A stretch of DNA of 60,046 nucleotides, taken from the NCBI GenBank assembly GCA_030324005.1, contig JARDVH010000025.1, positions 94,150,673 through 94,210,718 of the forward strand, written 5' to 3'. Positions 1 through 11,025 of the stretch are shown one piece after another (positions within the stretch are counted from its first letter, which is position 1; every line of letters begins with the position of its first letter). A program made the position numbers and the translations under genes. The notes under the pieces were generated by a model, which was given only the letters and a program-made list of their open reading frames with translations, did no database searches and was not told the origin of the DNA. The stretch is from Negaprion brevirostris (taxonomy: Eukaryota).

Positions 1-225
1 TGTTAGCATTTTAATCAACTTGAACTGTGAGGAATTATATCTGGCAGATCAAGCTTACCATCTGTGATAATTTTCTGATTCTTAAGTTCAAAGTTATCAG
101 TTAAAGACAATTGCATAATACTTTTTGATGTGCTTTTCATTCATTATGCAGAAGCATGAAATCATTTCTGACTGTAACCTTTAGAAACCTCTCTCTCATC
201 TTCTATTTTTGTTTTGTTCCATCAG

Positions 226-293
226 GGTGTTAATGCAATGGCAGAGAGTAAATAGTATGATGGTGGGTATCTTTGAGAAACAGAAGGCAAGAA
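226..293 (+). CDS. Candidate coding exon of unidentified gene A (VLMQWQR[VNSMMVGIFEKQKAR]); donor after 247 (GTAAAT) or after 293 (GTATGT)
   Basis: Long polypyrimidine tract ending ttccatcAG at 224-225. Only one frame stays open through 293. Each donor has a frame-compatible acceptor in the next exon. Confidence 0.55.
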
Positions 294-369
294 GTATGTT
301 TAAAAAAATCAGACCGCGGGTGCTCTCATTTCTAATTTTGGGATTTTTTATAATTTATTTCTAATATAG

Positions 370-502
370 AATTACTGGACCGTTTATGACAATGCTCATG
401 ATAATTTAGATGATCTGCGACCTTATATTAACTGGAATATATCACTACCAAACATAATTAATCATCTGTCATATGGTTCAAGTATAGAAAAAAACGCCCT
501 GG
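370..502 (+). CDS. Candidate coding exon of gene A (NYWTVYDNAHDNLDDLRPYINWNISLPNIINHLSYGSSIEKNAL)
   Basis: Acceptor tttctaatatAG at 368-369 (alternative AG at 408-409). Open frame, donor G|GTTGGA, ends in phase 1. Confidence 0.6.
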
Positions 503-739
503 GTTGGATTTAGTCAGGTTGGCAGGTCCTTGCCTCATGGAGCGAGGACCAGTAGGGAAACCCTCATCAGTTCTGTAGTGATGCCTAATGTTATTAAATG
601 TCCTCTGCCACCTATGCTGCCCTTTGACTATATCAGGAGAGAATTTGCTGCCACTGGGAGACTGAGGCAGAGTCTCTGTTGTGATCAAGTGGACCCAACT
701 GTCCTGGTTTCCAGTTCAATGGGCTGCACAACAAGCAAA

Positions 740-1072
740 CGGGATTATCACTGGGCCAGTAGTCCAGAGATCCATGGTATTGTTCTGGGGATTTGAGTTC
801 AAATTTCACCTTGGCAGATAGTGAAACTTCATTTCAATCAAAATCTGGAATGAATAGTCTAATGATTATCTTGAAACCATTGTCAATTGTCATAAAAACC
901 CATCTGGTTCACTAGTGTGCTTTAGGGAAAGAAATGAAACACCTTACCTAGTGTGGTTGACTCTTAAATAATCTGAAAGCCATTAGGCAATTCGGCAAAA
1001 AGGACAATTAGGGATGGGCAATAAATGTTGGCCCAGCCAGCAATGTCAATATCCCCTGAATGAATATAAAAA
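740..1072 (+). mobile_element. SINE-like element with a CR1-class LINE-derived 3' tail
   Basis: B-box-like gagttcaaat near the 5' end. The tail caattagggatgggcaataaatgttggcccagccagc...tgaatgaata matches the LINE end at 3060-3125. A second copy lies on - at about 32745-33003. Confidence 0.7.
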
Positions 1073-1794
1073 TCTTCAGCTAGAAGTGCCAAGTGGATGA
1101 TCTATCTCAGTCTCCTCTGAAGGTCCCCAGCATCACAAATGCCAGTCTTCAGTCAATTTGATTCACTCCATGTGACATCAAGAAAGGGCTGAAGGCACTG
1201 GATACTGCAAAGGCAATGGGTCCTGACAACATTCCAGCATTAGTACAATGTGAAAAATTGCCCCGTTATGTCCAATATACAAAAAACAGGATAAATCCAA
1301 CCCATCAAATTGCTGTTTCCCATCAGTCTGCTCTTGATCATCAGTAAAATGACAGAAGGGGTCATCAACTGTGCTATTAAGTGACATTAATTAGGAATAT
1401 CCTGCTCACTGATGCTTAGTTTGGGTTTCAGCAGAGTCAATTATTACATCCTTATTACATCCTTGATTCAAGCTTGGACAAAACAGCAGACTAAATGCAG
1501 AGCTGAGATCAGAGTCACTACCTTTGACATTAAAGCAGCATTTGGCCAGGGTGGCATAAAGGAGTAAAATTGGAGTCAATGGGGATCAGGGGAAAACCCT
1601 CCACTGGTTGCAGTCATACCCGGCACAAAGGAAGATGGCTGTGGTGGTTGGAGATCAATCATTTCAGCTCCAGGACATCACTGCAAGAGTTCCTAAGGAT
1701 AGTGTCCAAGGCCCAAGCATCTTCAACTGCTTCATCAAAGACCTTCCTTCCATCATAAGGTCAGTAGTGAGGATGTTCTCTGATGACTGAGCAA

Positions 1795-2080
1795 TCATAG
1801 AATCCTTATAGTGCAGAAGGATGCCATTCGGTCCATCAGGTCTGCACCTCCCCTTTTTCCCACCTTATCCTGTGACCCCACACATTTCCCATGGCTAATC
1901 CATCTAACCTACACATCTTGGGATACAAAGGGGCAATATACTATGGTCAATCTACCTAATCTGCATATCTTTGGACTGTGGGACAAACCCATGCAGTCAT
2001 GGGGAGATTGTGCAAACTCTATACGGACAGTCACCCAAGGCTCGAATTGAACCCAGGTTGCTGGCACTATAAGGCAGCAA
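1795..2080 (-). mobile_element. HE1-type V-SINE
   Basis: Reverse complement of the tRNA-like head (ggttcaattc), V-domain and ctatgatt tail. Confidence 0.85.
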
Positions 2081-2098
2081 ATGCCATTCATGACCATT

Positions 2099-2445
2099 GA
2101 GTGGCACAGTAACACAGTGGTTAGCACTGCTGCTTCACAGCTCCAGGGACATGGGTTCAATTCCTGGCTTGGGTCACTGTCTGTGTGGAGTTTGCACATT
2201 TTCCTCATGTCTGCGTGGGTTTCCTCCGGGTGCTCTGGTTTCCTCCCACAGNNNNNNNNNNNNNNNNNNNNNNNNNNNNNNNNNNNNNNNNNNNNNNNNN
2301 NNNNNNNNNNNNNNNNNNNNNNNNNNNNNNNNNNNGTAAAATATGTCGGGATATGGGGATGGGGCCTGGGTGGGATTGTGGTCAGTGCAGACTCAATGGG
2401 CTGAATGGCCTCTTTCTGTACTGTAGGGTTTCTATGATTTCTATG
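2099..2445 (+). mobile_element. HE1-type V-SINE (internal N run)
   Basis: cagtggttagcactgctgc..ggttcaattcc head, V-domain gtggagtttgcacatt..gggtttcctccgggtgctctggtttcctcccac, and ttctatga tail. Confidence 0.9.
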
Positions 2446-3357
2446 ACTCCTCTGACACTGAAGCAGTCCACGTCCGTAAGCGCAAGACCTAGATAATATC
2501 CAAGTTTCTGCTGATAAATAGAAAGTAACACTTGTGCAACACAAATGCCAGGCAATGACCCCTAACATAAGGGAGAATCTAACCATCTCCTTTGACATTC
2601 ATTGGTATTATCATTACTGAACCCCCCCCACTATCAACATCTTGGGGTTACCATTGACCATAAACTGAACTGCACCCTGCCCATATAAACATTTGTTGCT
2701 ACAAGATCAGGTCAGAGGCTTGGAATCTTGTGATGAGTAACTCACCTCTTGACTCTCCAGAGCTTATCCACCATCTACGAGGCACAAGTCAGGAAAGTGA
2801 CTTGCCTGGATGAGTGCAGCTCTAACAACACTCAATGTGCTCATCACCACTCAAGACAAAGCATCCTGTTTAATTGCCACTCCTTTCACCAGCTGGAAGT
2901 TCCCCTCCAAGCCAAACATCATCATGTTGTTATATCACTGTCCTTTTACTGTTGCAAAGTCAAAATCCTGGAACTCCCTCCCTTAAGTACTGTGGGTGTA
3001 CCTACATCACAGGCCCTTGCAGTGGCTTATGAGGGCAACTCACTATCACCTTCCCAAGGACAATTAAGGATGGCCGATAAATGCTGGCCTAGTCAGCGAT
3101 GCTCATGTACCATAAATGAATAAATGAAACAGATGACTCTCAGAGGGATTCTCTCCCTCCTGTTGCTGGGTTCCTTGACCAAGCAATGAGTGCCTTTGAA
3201 TGATCAGTTGAATAGATTATCTCAAATACTGACTACAAATCTGTTGATATGGACTACCTTTGAAGTACAACGCCACAGGTTACAGTATCCTGAAACAAAA
3301 TAGTGAATATGGTGCTGATAACAACAATATTGTGACATTCACATTTTAAAACATTAT

Positions 3358-4286
3358 GGGGGGCGATTCTCCCCAAAAAATTATAAGTGTCAAATTTGCG
3401 TAAAAACTGGAGTAAATCACACCTTTTTTTTCAATGAGTTTAAAATGAACCTTCCACATTCTGTGCGCTGCAGAATGCACAAACGTGAATCCCTCAAAAA
3501 AATCTGAGGATGGGGCCTATTCCCACTGGAGAGGCTGGCAGCATAGTGCTGACTGGGCCACTGTGAATGTGTCGATCTATCAGGGCTGAGATCAGCACAT
3601 GTGCAGTGGCCCGTCTGCTGGCTTCCCAATAGCTGGCCAGCGATTGAGCTGGCCAGCCCTCTGACTCTCGCAACACCGGCCCTCTNNNNNNNNNNNNNNN
3701 NNNNNNNNNNNNNNNNNNNNNNNNNNNNNNNNNNNNNNNNNNNNNNNNNNNNNNNNNNNNNNNNNNNNNNNNNNNNNNNNNNNNNACCCCAAATAGACCA
3801 CATCCCATCAGGCTCTGCCCACTTGGAACTCTCATGCCCGATGGGCAGTGCCAAGGTGCCCTCCCCTGGGTGTTTGCACTTTGTTCCTTGGACAGTGCTG
3901 GGGCGCCAGACTGGCATTCCCAAGGTGCTAATATCCAGGGGGCATCCCCTGTGCCCGACCCTCTGGGTAGCTCCAATTTCTGACCCTTCACTCCAGCACG
4001 GTCAGGCTGTGCAGTGTTACTTGTGACTAATAAATAAACTTTACTTTGACTGTAAACTAGCAGGCATGGAGATTTCAGTCCTCAGCCTGCTAAATATATT
4101 TAAATTTGTCCTGCATATATAATACAGCTCCGAGCTTATTTCCAGTGCAGAGCTGATGGTGCTGGAAATCTGGTGCTTGGAGATGCGCTCAGACCCAGTG
4201 CCCAGCCCAGATCGTGCTAATCAGGTTTCACTCTCCCAGTCCACTGTGCTAAAAAATCAGTGCAGCAGGATGGGAGAATTGCCCCC
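3358..4286. mobile_element. Non-autonomous DNA transposon (MITE-like) with TIRs
   Basis: Ends ggggcgattctccc / gggagaattgccccc are inverted repeats. The GC-rich interior (gggcagtgccaaggtgccc) is shared with about 25260-25320. Confidence 0.7.
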
Positions 4287-5035
4287 AGCCAATTTCAGTA
4301 TTTAAAAATATTATAAGTAATGTTTGAATCAAAAATATTTTGTCTAACGGTTGTAAATTTAAATAACAGCAGATTAGCACCAGATCTTAATCACACAATC
4401 TCACATAACCAGGTAATTATTCTAATTTATTAATTAACCACTTTGATAAGATAATGAAGCACTCAGATAGTATTCTCTCGGGCAAGATATTTCTGTAGAA
4501 TGTCTACAAAATTGGACAGGGCTTGAAAAAGGATGCAGGGATTCTAATGTGGGATTAACCCACACCAATTGCTTCCAAGGTGGGCAGTGTGCAAACCTCA
4601 TGCCCTCCTTCTAAGTTAAATCACTGTAGCATGCAACCAGCACCTCCAGTGCAGCATCTGAACATTTGGAATCTTGCTGTCTCTTTAGTTGTGCTGTTCC
4701 TCTGCCTTCTTCATGTCCAATCAGTTGCAGATTGACATTCAGCATCTGTTCCCTGCACTTTAAATCTTTAAGAGGTGCAGGCTGGCTGCAACCAGATGTT
4801 GAATGGCTGCATGTCCAAGCAGGAGGTGCAAAATTGAGAGAGGTGATCTCACTTCACTATATTGCTGAACACATCAAAATCTGGCAACGACAGCAATAGA
4901 ATTTTTTTATTAAATACAGAACTATATTGCATGAAGTAACTAAAGGATGAGCTGAGCATGGATCTCCCGACGTGTTGTTAAAATGCCAATCTCTTCACTG
5001 TGTGGAAAATACCTTCAACTGAAGATTTTATTTAG

Positions 5036-5095
5036 GAATGCAGTGGAGTCACAAGGAAATGACAATGAATATTTTAGGAGGCAAGAAATTAATAT
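5036..5095 (+). CDS. Candidate 60-nt phase 1-1 exon of gene A (GMQWSHKEMTMNILGGKKLI)
   Basis: ttttatttAG acceptor and GTAAAG donor. Reads in frame between the 370-502 and 19204-19318 exons. Confidence 0.5.
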
Positions 5096-5479
5096 GTAAA
5101 GCAGGTCTTTGTTTGACATTGTGGCAATCAATCATAATGAGGATGATGACACTGTTCAAGCTTCCCCTTTAGCAGGACCGCCATGTTTATCATGACTGAC
5201 AACCAGAGTACAACACAGATCTCCAGAAAACTTTCAACATTTTGTTGGGATATAAGAGCTGGATTTAAATTGCAAATTCACAGTCATTCATATAAATATA
5301 TATGCTTATTTATTTCTTTGGAAGCATACATGTCAGTCCACTTCGGATTCAAAATACATTTATTTTTAATGTGATGGCTATGTGGTTTTGTTCCATTCAC
5401 TCTTGTGATCTATTTGTGCACTGGTGAGTGCAGGGGTAACTCTGCATGTGCTTCAGATCATAATGGATGCACCTTAATG

Positions 5480-5792
5480 TTCAAACATCAAAAACAGGAG
5501 GACAAGGCCATTTGGTCCTTTGAGGCTGCTCCACCATTCATTATCATGGCTGATCATCCAACTCAACAGCCTGATCCCACCTTTCCCCACAAGAGATATA
5601 TCAAATGCATTCTTGAAAACTTACAAAACTTTGGCCTTAACTGCTTTCTGTGGGAGTGGTTTCCACAGGCTTACCACTCTCTGGGTGAAGAAATTTCTCA
5701 TGTCAGTCCAAAATGGTTTACTTACCCCTTATCCTTTGACTACAGCCCCTGGTTCTAGGCACCAGCATCAGGAACATTCTTCCTGCATCTAC
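5480..5792 (-). mobile_element. CR1 LINE 3' fragment
   Basis: ggccatttggtcc..ctgctccaccattc..atcatggctgatc tail and ttccacaggcttaccactctctgggtgaagaaatt (FFTQRVV on -). Confidence 0.75.
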
Positions 5793-7216
5793 TGATACAG
5801 TCTCCGATAATTTAGGTGAAACTAATTCAGTGAATTTTTAAAAAATCTATGCTTTGGAATTATGCAATTAAAAGGATGAATTGATAAGAATGTTAATCCC
5901 TAGCTTTCAGTACCTTTGAAGTTCTGTTTATGGAAACAGTGCCTATCTATCTGTATTACCCTGAAAATAAAGTGGCTCCAACATTTTCACGACAAAACCA
6001 ATGATATCTATTTTCTCCTGCTGCCAAATGATACTTAGAGTTTGATAAAATCACAATACTGACTATTCTATCACTGATTTTAATTATTAGCTACTTGAAC
6101 AAGCCAGGAAATGTTTAAGGTTAAAGTTAAAATGTATTCGGTGTCATTACTTGATATTAGCACGTCACATATCTGTCAGCCCACTTGGCTTCTCTCCATT
6201 AGATAATTGGACCAATCACAACAGCATCTTTATTTTCTTCCCAAAATAAGGTCAGCCAAGAGAAACAACAGCACAAGGACATTTCCATCCAATCACCATA
6301 GGACAGAAATGTCTTCAATGCTACCGCAGTGCTCAGTAGCCCTAAATGTTCCCAACATCTTACTCAACATTTTTAAGCCTAACAAATTAAAAGGATATTG
6401 GACATAACTGGTGATTTTCATTAAAATCCTGTTGATTTTTATATTGTTATGGATCCTATCCAGCTTTGGCACATCCTCGCCATCTGCTTCTAATACTTTT
6501 TCAGTCAATAAACAACTGAAAGTTACAATGCTTAATAAAAGCTTGTGAACTGAACAAAATACTTTAAGTGGTTGTTAAAGCTGACCTGAACTTTTAACGT
6601 GGAGTTTAGTGAGATTATTGAAAGGATTGCTTCTCTTTTCGATATGACTTGTTCCAGATAAAATGGGAGATTTGCTTTGATCTACCTCAGGCACAAATGC
6701 ACTCAGAGCAATGATTTTGCACTGCATCTATTCACACTCAAAATACATTTCACTTTGTAGGGATCATTTTGTAGGATTTCCTCTGCATACTATTTGTTTT
6801 GAAAGGGTGAACTGGTTATTTATCTTCCAGCTTACAACTTTGCTACACATAACAAGCAGATCAATCCTTCTCTGCATAATTTCTCACATCCAACTGCAGC
6901 ATTCCAATGTTCTTAGCACCAGAGCCTTGTTCACACATCAGCAGGAAGCTGACACTCTGCAAAGCTTCATCGATGCCTGGTTTTTGCACATTCCAGAAAC
7001 AATTGTCTTTCCTTTCCAGTTCTCTCTCCTCCTTTCCGGGTGACACTGACTCATGCTGGGAGACTGATGTTCCAGTAGCTTCTCGCTTCCATTCAACAAG
7101 TTTAATGCGTTAGTAGGCTATTCAACTCTATAGTCATCACATCTCAGTTTAATCCTCCATCATTCTTTACAAGCACATTTTAAACAGGGTCAAGGATAGC
7201 ATTCACCAACATGCAC

Positions 7217-7480
7217 TGTAATAACTCAGGAAGCTCGACTGGAAAGGAAAATAGTTGATTACAGAATGCAAAGTAAAACCAATATTGTGGCGTGCACACA
7301 CTAGTCCCAGCCTCAGACTACCGTTCAACTGGCCCAGTCCTGAGCCTGTCTTATAAAAGGCTCAGGTAATGAGTTCTAATTGGGCCGACCACTGCCTATT
7401 AACAGGGGAACTCGTACTCAATGAGCCCCATAGGGGGGTCAATCAATGATTTCCCCATGGTCCTCGTGCAGGTTATCACA
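7217..7480 (-). mobile_element. Solo LTR
   Basis: TG...CA ends with short inverted repeats tgtaataac / gttatcaca. Flanked by tgcac / ggcac (5-bp TSD with one mismatch); TATA-like internal motif. Confidence 0.7.
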
Positions 7481-10067
7481 GGCACCATGGCCATTACAGT
7501 CCTTCTATAACTAAGGGTGCTGAGTCTTACCGTGTCCAAAGAACCATTGCAATTTAGATCAACTAACTGAACACTAAATGTGCATTGAAACTTCCTATTC
7601 TTCATAGCTCAGTCTTACACCAAGCAGTGCACTTATCCTCTGTGTTAATTCAGTAGCTCTCCAGTAGGAAAAATAATAGCCTGTGCCAGAGTCTTGAAAT
7701 GCAATTAGTTTGACATTGCATCTGGTTTTCCATAGTCATCTGGATGCAGGCATCTTAAAGCAATTCAATAAAATCTCCCACTGGGAAGACACAGACGAAG
7801 CTCTGCTGTCATTAAACATGAAACTTGGTGTCAAAAAGTGATGATCAAACAGATTTTTAAATCCTGCAAATGCTGTTGAAATGATACTGACAACCTAGGC
7901 AAGGAAATGTTTGAATCTGAAAGAAAAGCAGCTGAAAACAAAACATGGGAAAAGCAAACAAAAACTGCAAGTATATAACTGAGTGAATAAACGTCCGCAA
8001 AGAATTTTCCAATCCCACCTCCAATAAAATTGGTACATGGCAGATTTGGCAGTTTTCCACTTGCAATGGTAAAATTGTGAGATTCCAATATATTTTATCA
8101 ACAAACCTGAGTCAATAAGAGTTGCCACACTCCTCGCATCGATGTGGAGGGATTGTTACAAAGTGTAACCACCCTAAATCTAACTGAAAGACAACAAAAA
8201 AAAGCAGCAGAAACTTTGAAAGCCTTGAACGAACACTTTGAACCCTGAGTGAACACTATGTATGAATGCTATATATTCAACAAGAGAGCTCAAGGTGAAA
8301 ACAAGGTCATTGTACAGTATGTGATCACAGTGATGTAGCTTGTAGAATCATATGGAATCATATTCCAAAAGATGACCTGATTAAAGCTAGATTAGTTCAG
8401 TGAGACATCTCAGTGACAGCAAGTTTGTTCAGAGATGAAAAACTGATGTTGAAGAAAGTGTCAAAATGTGGAAGTTGTGCACATGTGTGGCAGAGCAAAT
8501 CAGGAGGCACATTTTGCTGAGAGACAATCCAGGCTAACAGAATGGACAATTGTAAACCGAGTAGGGTGTAAATATTGTGGATGACATGAGACAAAGGAAA
8601 AGAAGCATTGCCCGGCATGGAGAAAGCAGCAACTTGACTGCAAGAAGCGGATTCTTGTATACATGTGCTTGGCTATGAAGAAGCAACATAAAACTATATA
8701 GAGGGGCACTGGAGAAATATTAGCAGCAGAGTTTGATGAAGAACATACACCATTACAAGAGGATGGCTCAGTCATGTCAATAGGAGATAGATGGTTTTTG
8801 AATGTTATAGTGATGGCCCCAGAAAGAGAATATCAAGCCAACAAGAAATGTCAGATAGACACCAGTGCATCATGCAAGATAATGACTTTCACAGACCTGC
8901 GTGAGGTAGCTCAATAAGACAATCTGAAAATGAAACTTTTGAAAATAATGTTGAAGCTATATGATGGCATGATACTCATAACATGAGGACAAATTAGTTG
9001 GACAGTCCAATTCAATGGCAAGAAGGAAAATCTAGAGATCATAGACCATAGGCGGCAGAGAACGACCACTTATTTCAGATGGAACAAGTCTAAAGCTGAG
9101 ACTGATATCCTCGAATGTTCTGACAGAGTTTCACAACGTGTGACCATTGATGGCAGAACAGATCTGAGAGGAGTACAAAGATGTGTTTACACGGTTGGAA
9201 TGTCAATCGGGAAAATATCATCAAGAAGACCAACGATGAAGACCAAATCAGTATCTGCCAAGAAGACTTCCAGCTGCCCTTGAGTCAAGCTTAAAAGACA
9301 GATGAGAAGAGCTGGAAAAGAGGAGAATAATCAAAAATGTAATAACTCTTACAGACTAGATTCGAAGCATGGTAGCAGTGAAACAACCTGGAAAGCCGCA
9401 AGTATGCCTGCAGACTCAAAGGATCTAAATAAAGATCTGTAGAAATCTCACTATCCCTTGCCAACCAGTGAAAGAATTTTGACACAATTTGCCAGGGCAA
9501 AGATATTCACTACCCTAGATGTGAAGGATGGTTACTACCATGTGAAGCTGGATGAATGTAACAGATTTCTAATGATCTTCAGACACTGTTCGGAGATACA
9601 GATGATCACACGTGCCATTTAGTGTAACCACAGCTCCAGGGGAGTATCAATGCAGACAACACAAGATAGTCAATGAGCTTCCTGAATAGAACCAGAGTGG
9701 ATGACCTATGTGGAGACACAATGAAGAAGCACGTGCAAACCATGATCAGAATTTATTTAAGAGGACTGCTGGAGAGAGCACGCTGGATGAATCTAAACAA
9801 GAACAAACTGAAGATGTCTGAAATCAAGCACATAGATCACGTATGAATGACAAAAGGTTTATCTGGATCCTGATAAGGTGAGAGCTGTAGCAGTGACCAA
9901 CAGATGTGTAAGAACTGCAACGATTTGTTAGATATGTGAACTCATTTGCAAAATTTTTTGCCTAATTTATCAGCAGATCATGAGCCATTATTCAAGCTCA
10001 CCATCCAGGATATGCTGTGCTATTGGAGAATGGAACCAGAAACAGTACTCTTGAGATAAAAAGCAAA

Positions 10068-10165
10068 TTACTGTTGATGTTGGAATCTGAAAAAGCAAAA
10101 AATGCTGGAAAATCTCTGCTGTCAGACCTGCTGAGATTTTCCAACATTTTCAATTTTTGTTTGAG
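10068..10165. mobile_element. Short palindromic Penelope-derived insertion inside Gypsy pol
   Basis: aaagcaaattactg..aatgctggaaaatctc / gagattttccaacatttt inverted arms; same family as 33945-34640 and 58280-58495. Confidence 0.65.
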
Positions 10166-10681
10166 AAGCAGCATTCACTTGCATTAAATAATCATTGATG
10201 CCAATGCCAGTGCCAAAGTACTGTGATATCTATGACTAAGTCGCCTGGCAGTTTGATACCAACAAGACGGATCTGGGAGTAACTCTGATGCAACAAGGAC
10301 AACCGATCGTATTTGTATCCAGGGCATTAAGGATCTACAGTGTGGTTAGATTAAGAAAGAGTGTGTGGCTCTTGTTTTCGTCTGTGAGGATGCTTGTTTG
10401 AGGGAGACAAATTAACAGTGAAATCCGATCATAAACCTCTTCAAAGCATTTGCACAAACTACCACTTTGTAGTCCAAGGCATCGGCAAAGAATGTTACTT
10501 TGTTTACAAAGATATCATCTGAATGTGATATACAAGCCAAGAAAACTGAGGTACATTGCTGACAGGCTGTCAGGAACAGGACGTCCCATGAAGAAAGTTG
10601 ATGATGCTACAAGAGAATGAAAAATCATCCAGGTTCAATGATGTTGGGCAGCAGCCCAACATCATCTGGAAGTCATCAACC

Positions 10682-11025
10682 ATGATGTGGATGTGCTTCG
10701 TCACAATGGATGTCTCGGCGCTCTACACCAACATCCCCCATAACGATGGCATTGCTGTGACTGCCTCAGTACTCAATGCCGACAACTGCCAGTTTCCAGA
10801 TGCAATTTTACAACTCATCNNNNNNNNNNNNNNNNNNNNNNNNNNNNNNNNNNNNNNNNNNNNNNNNNNNNNNNNNNNNNNNNNNNNNNNNNNNNNNNNN
10901 NNNNNNNNNNNNNNNNNNNCAGAACTCTCCATTCACCTGACGAAGGGACTAACCCGAAAGCTAGTGAGTGTACTATCAAATAAATCGGTTGGACTTAACC
11001 CTGATGTTGTCAGACCTTTTACTGC
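10682..11025 (+). mobile_element. Penelope-like element (RT fragment, gap, 3' pseudo-LTR) nested in the Gypsy element
   Basis: PLE RT motif TMDVSALYTNIPHNDGI. Flanking duplication agtcatcaacc at 10671-10681 and 11026-11036. Terminal sequence resembles 34241-34350 and 54290-54331. Confidence 0.85.
10931..10969 (+). ncRNA. Minimal type I hammerhead ribozyme in the PLE pseudo-LTR
   Basis: Stem I attcac/gtgagt, core CUGACGA (10937-10943), stem II GGG-acuaa-CCC, GAAA (10956-10959), and palindromic AGCU stem III with a CUA cleavage triplet. Confidence 0.75.

Larger units (their letters stand above)
1090..3125 (+). mobile_element. Decayed CR1-class LINE (RT and 3' end) interrupted by two SINEs
   Basis: RT motifs SVQGPSIFNCFIKDLPSIIRSVVRMFSDD at about 1700-1787, with stops and frameshifts. 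Homologous to 50440-51090. Confidence 0.9.

Noticed and set aside
2099-2175. tRNA-like A/B boxes here and in other copies
   Set aside because: These are SINE heads followed by the V-domain; no full cloverleaf is evident.
1909-2598. Longest track ORF (229 aa) and similar ORFs containing GRKPEHPEETH or CGVCTFS..LRGFPPG
   Set aside because: These are translations of HE1 SINEs and N runs, recurring at every SINE copy; they are not genes.
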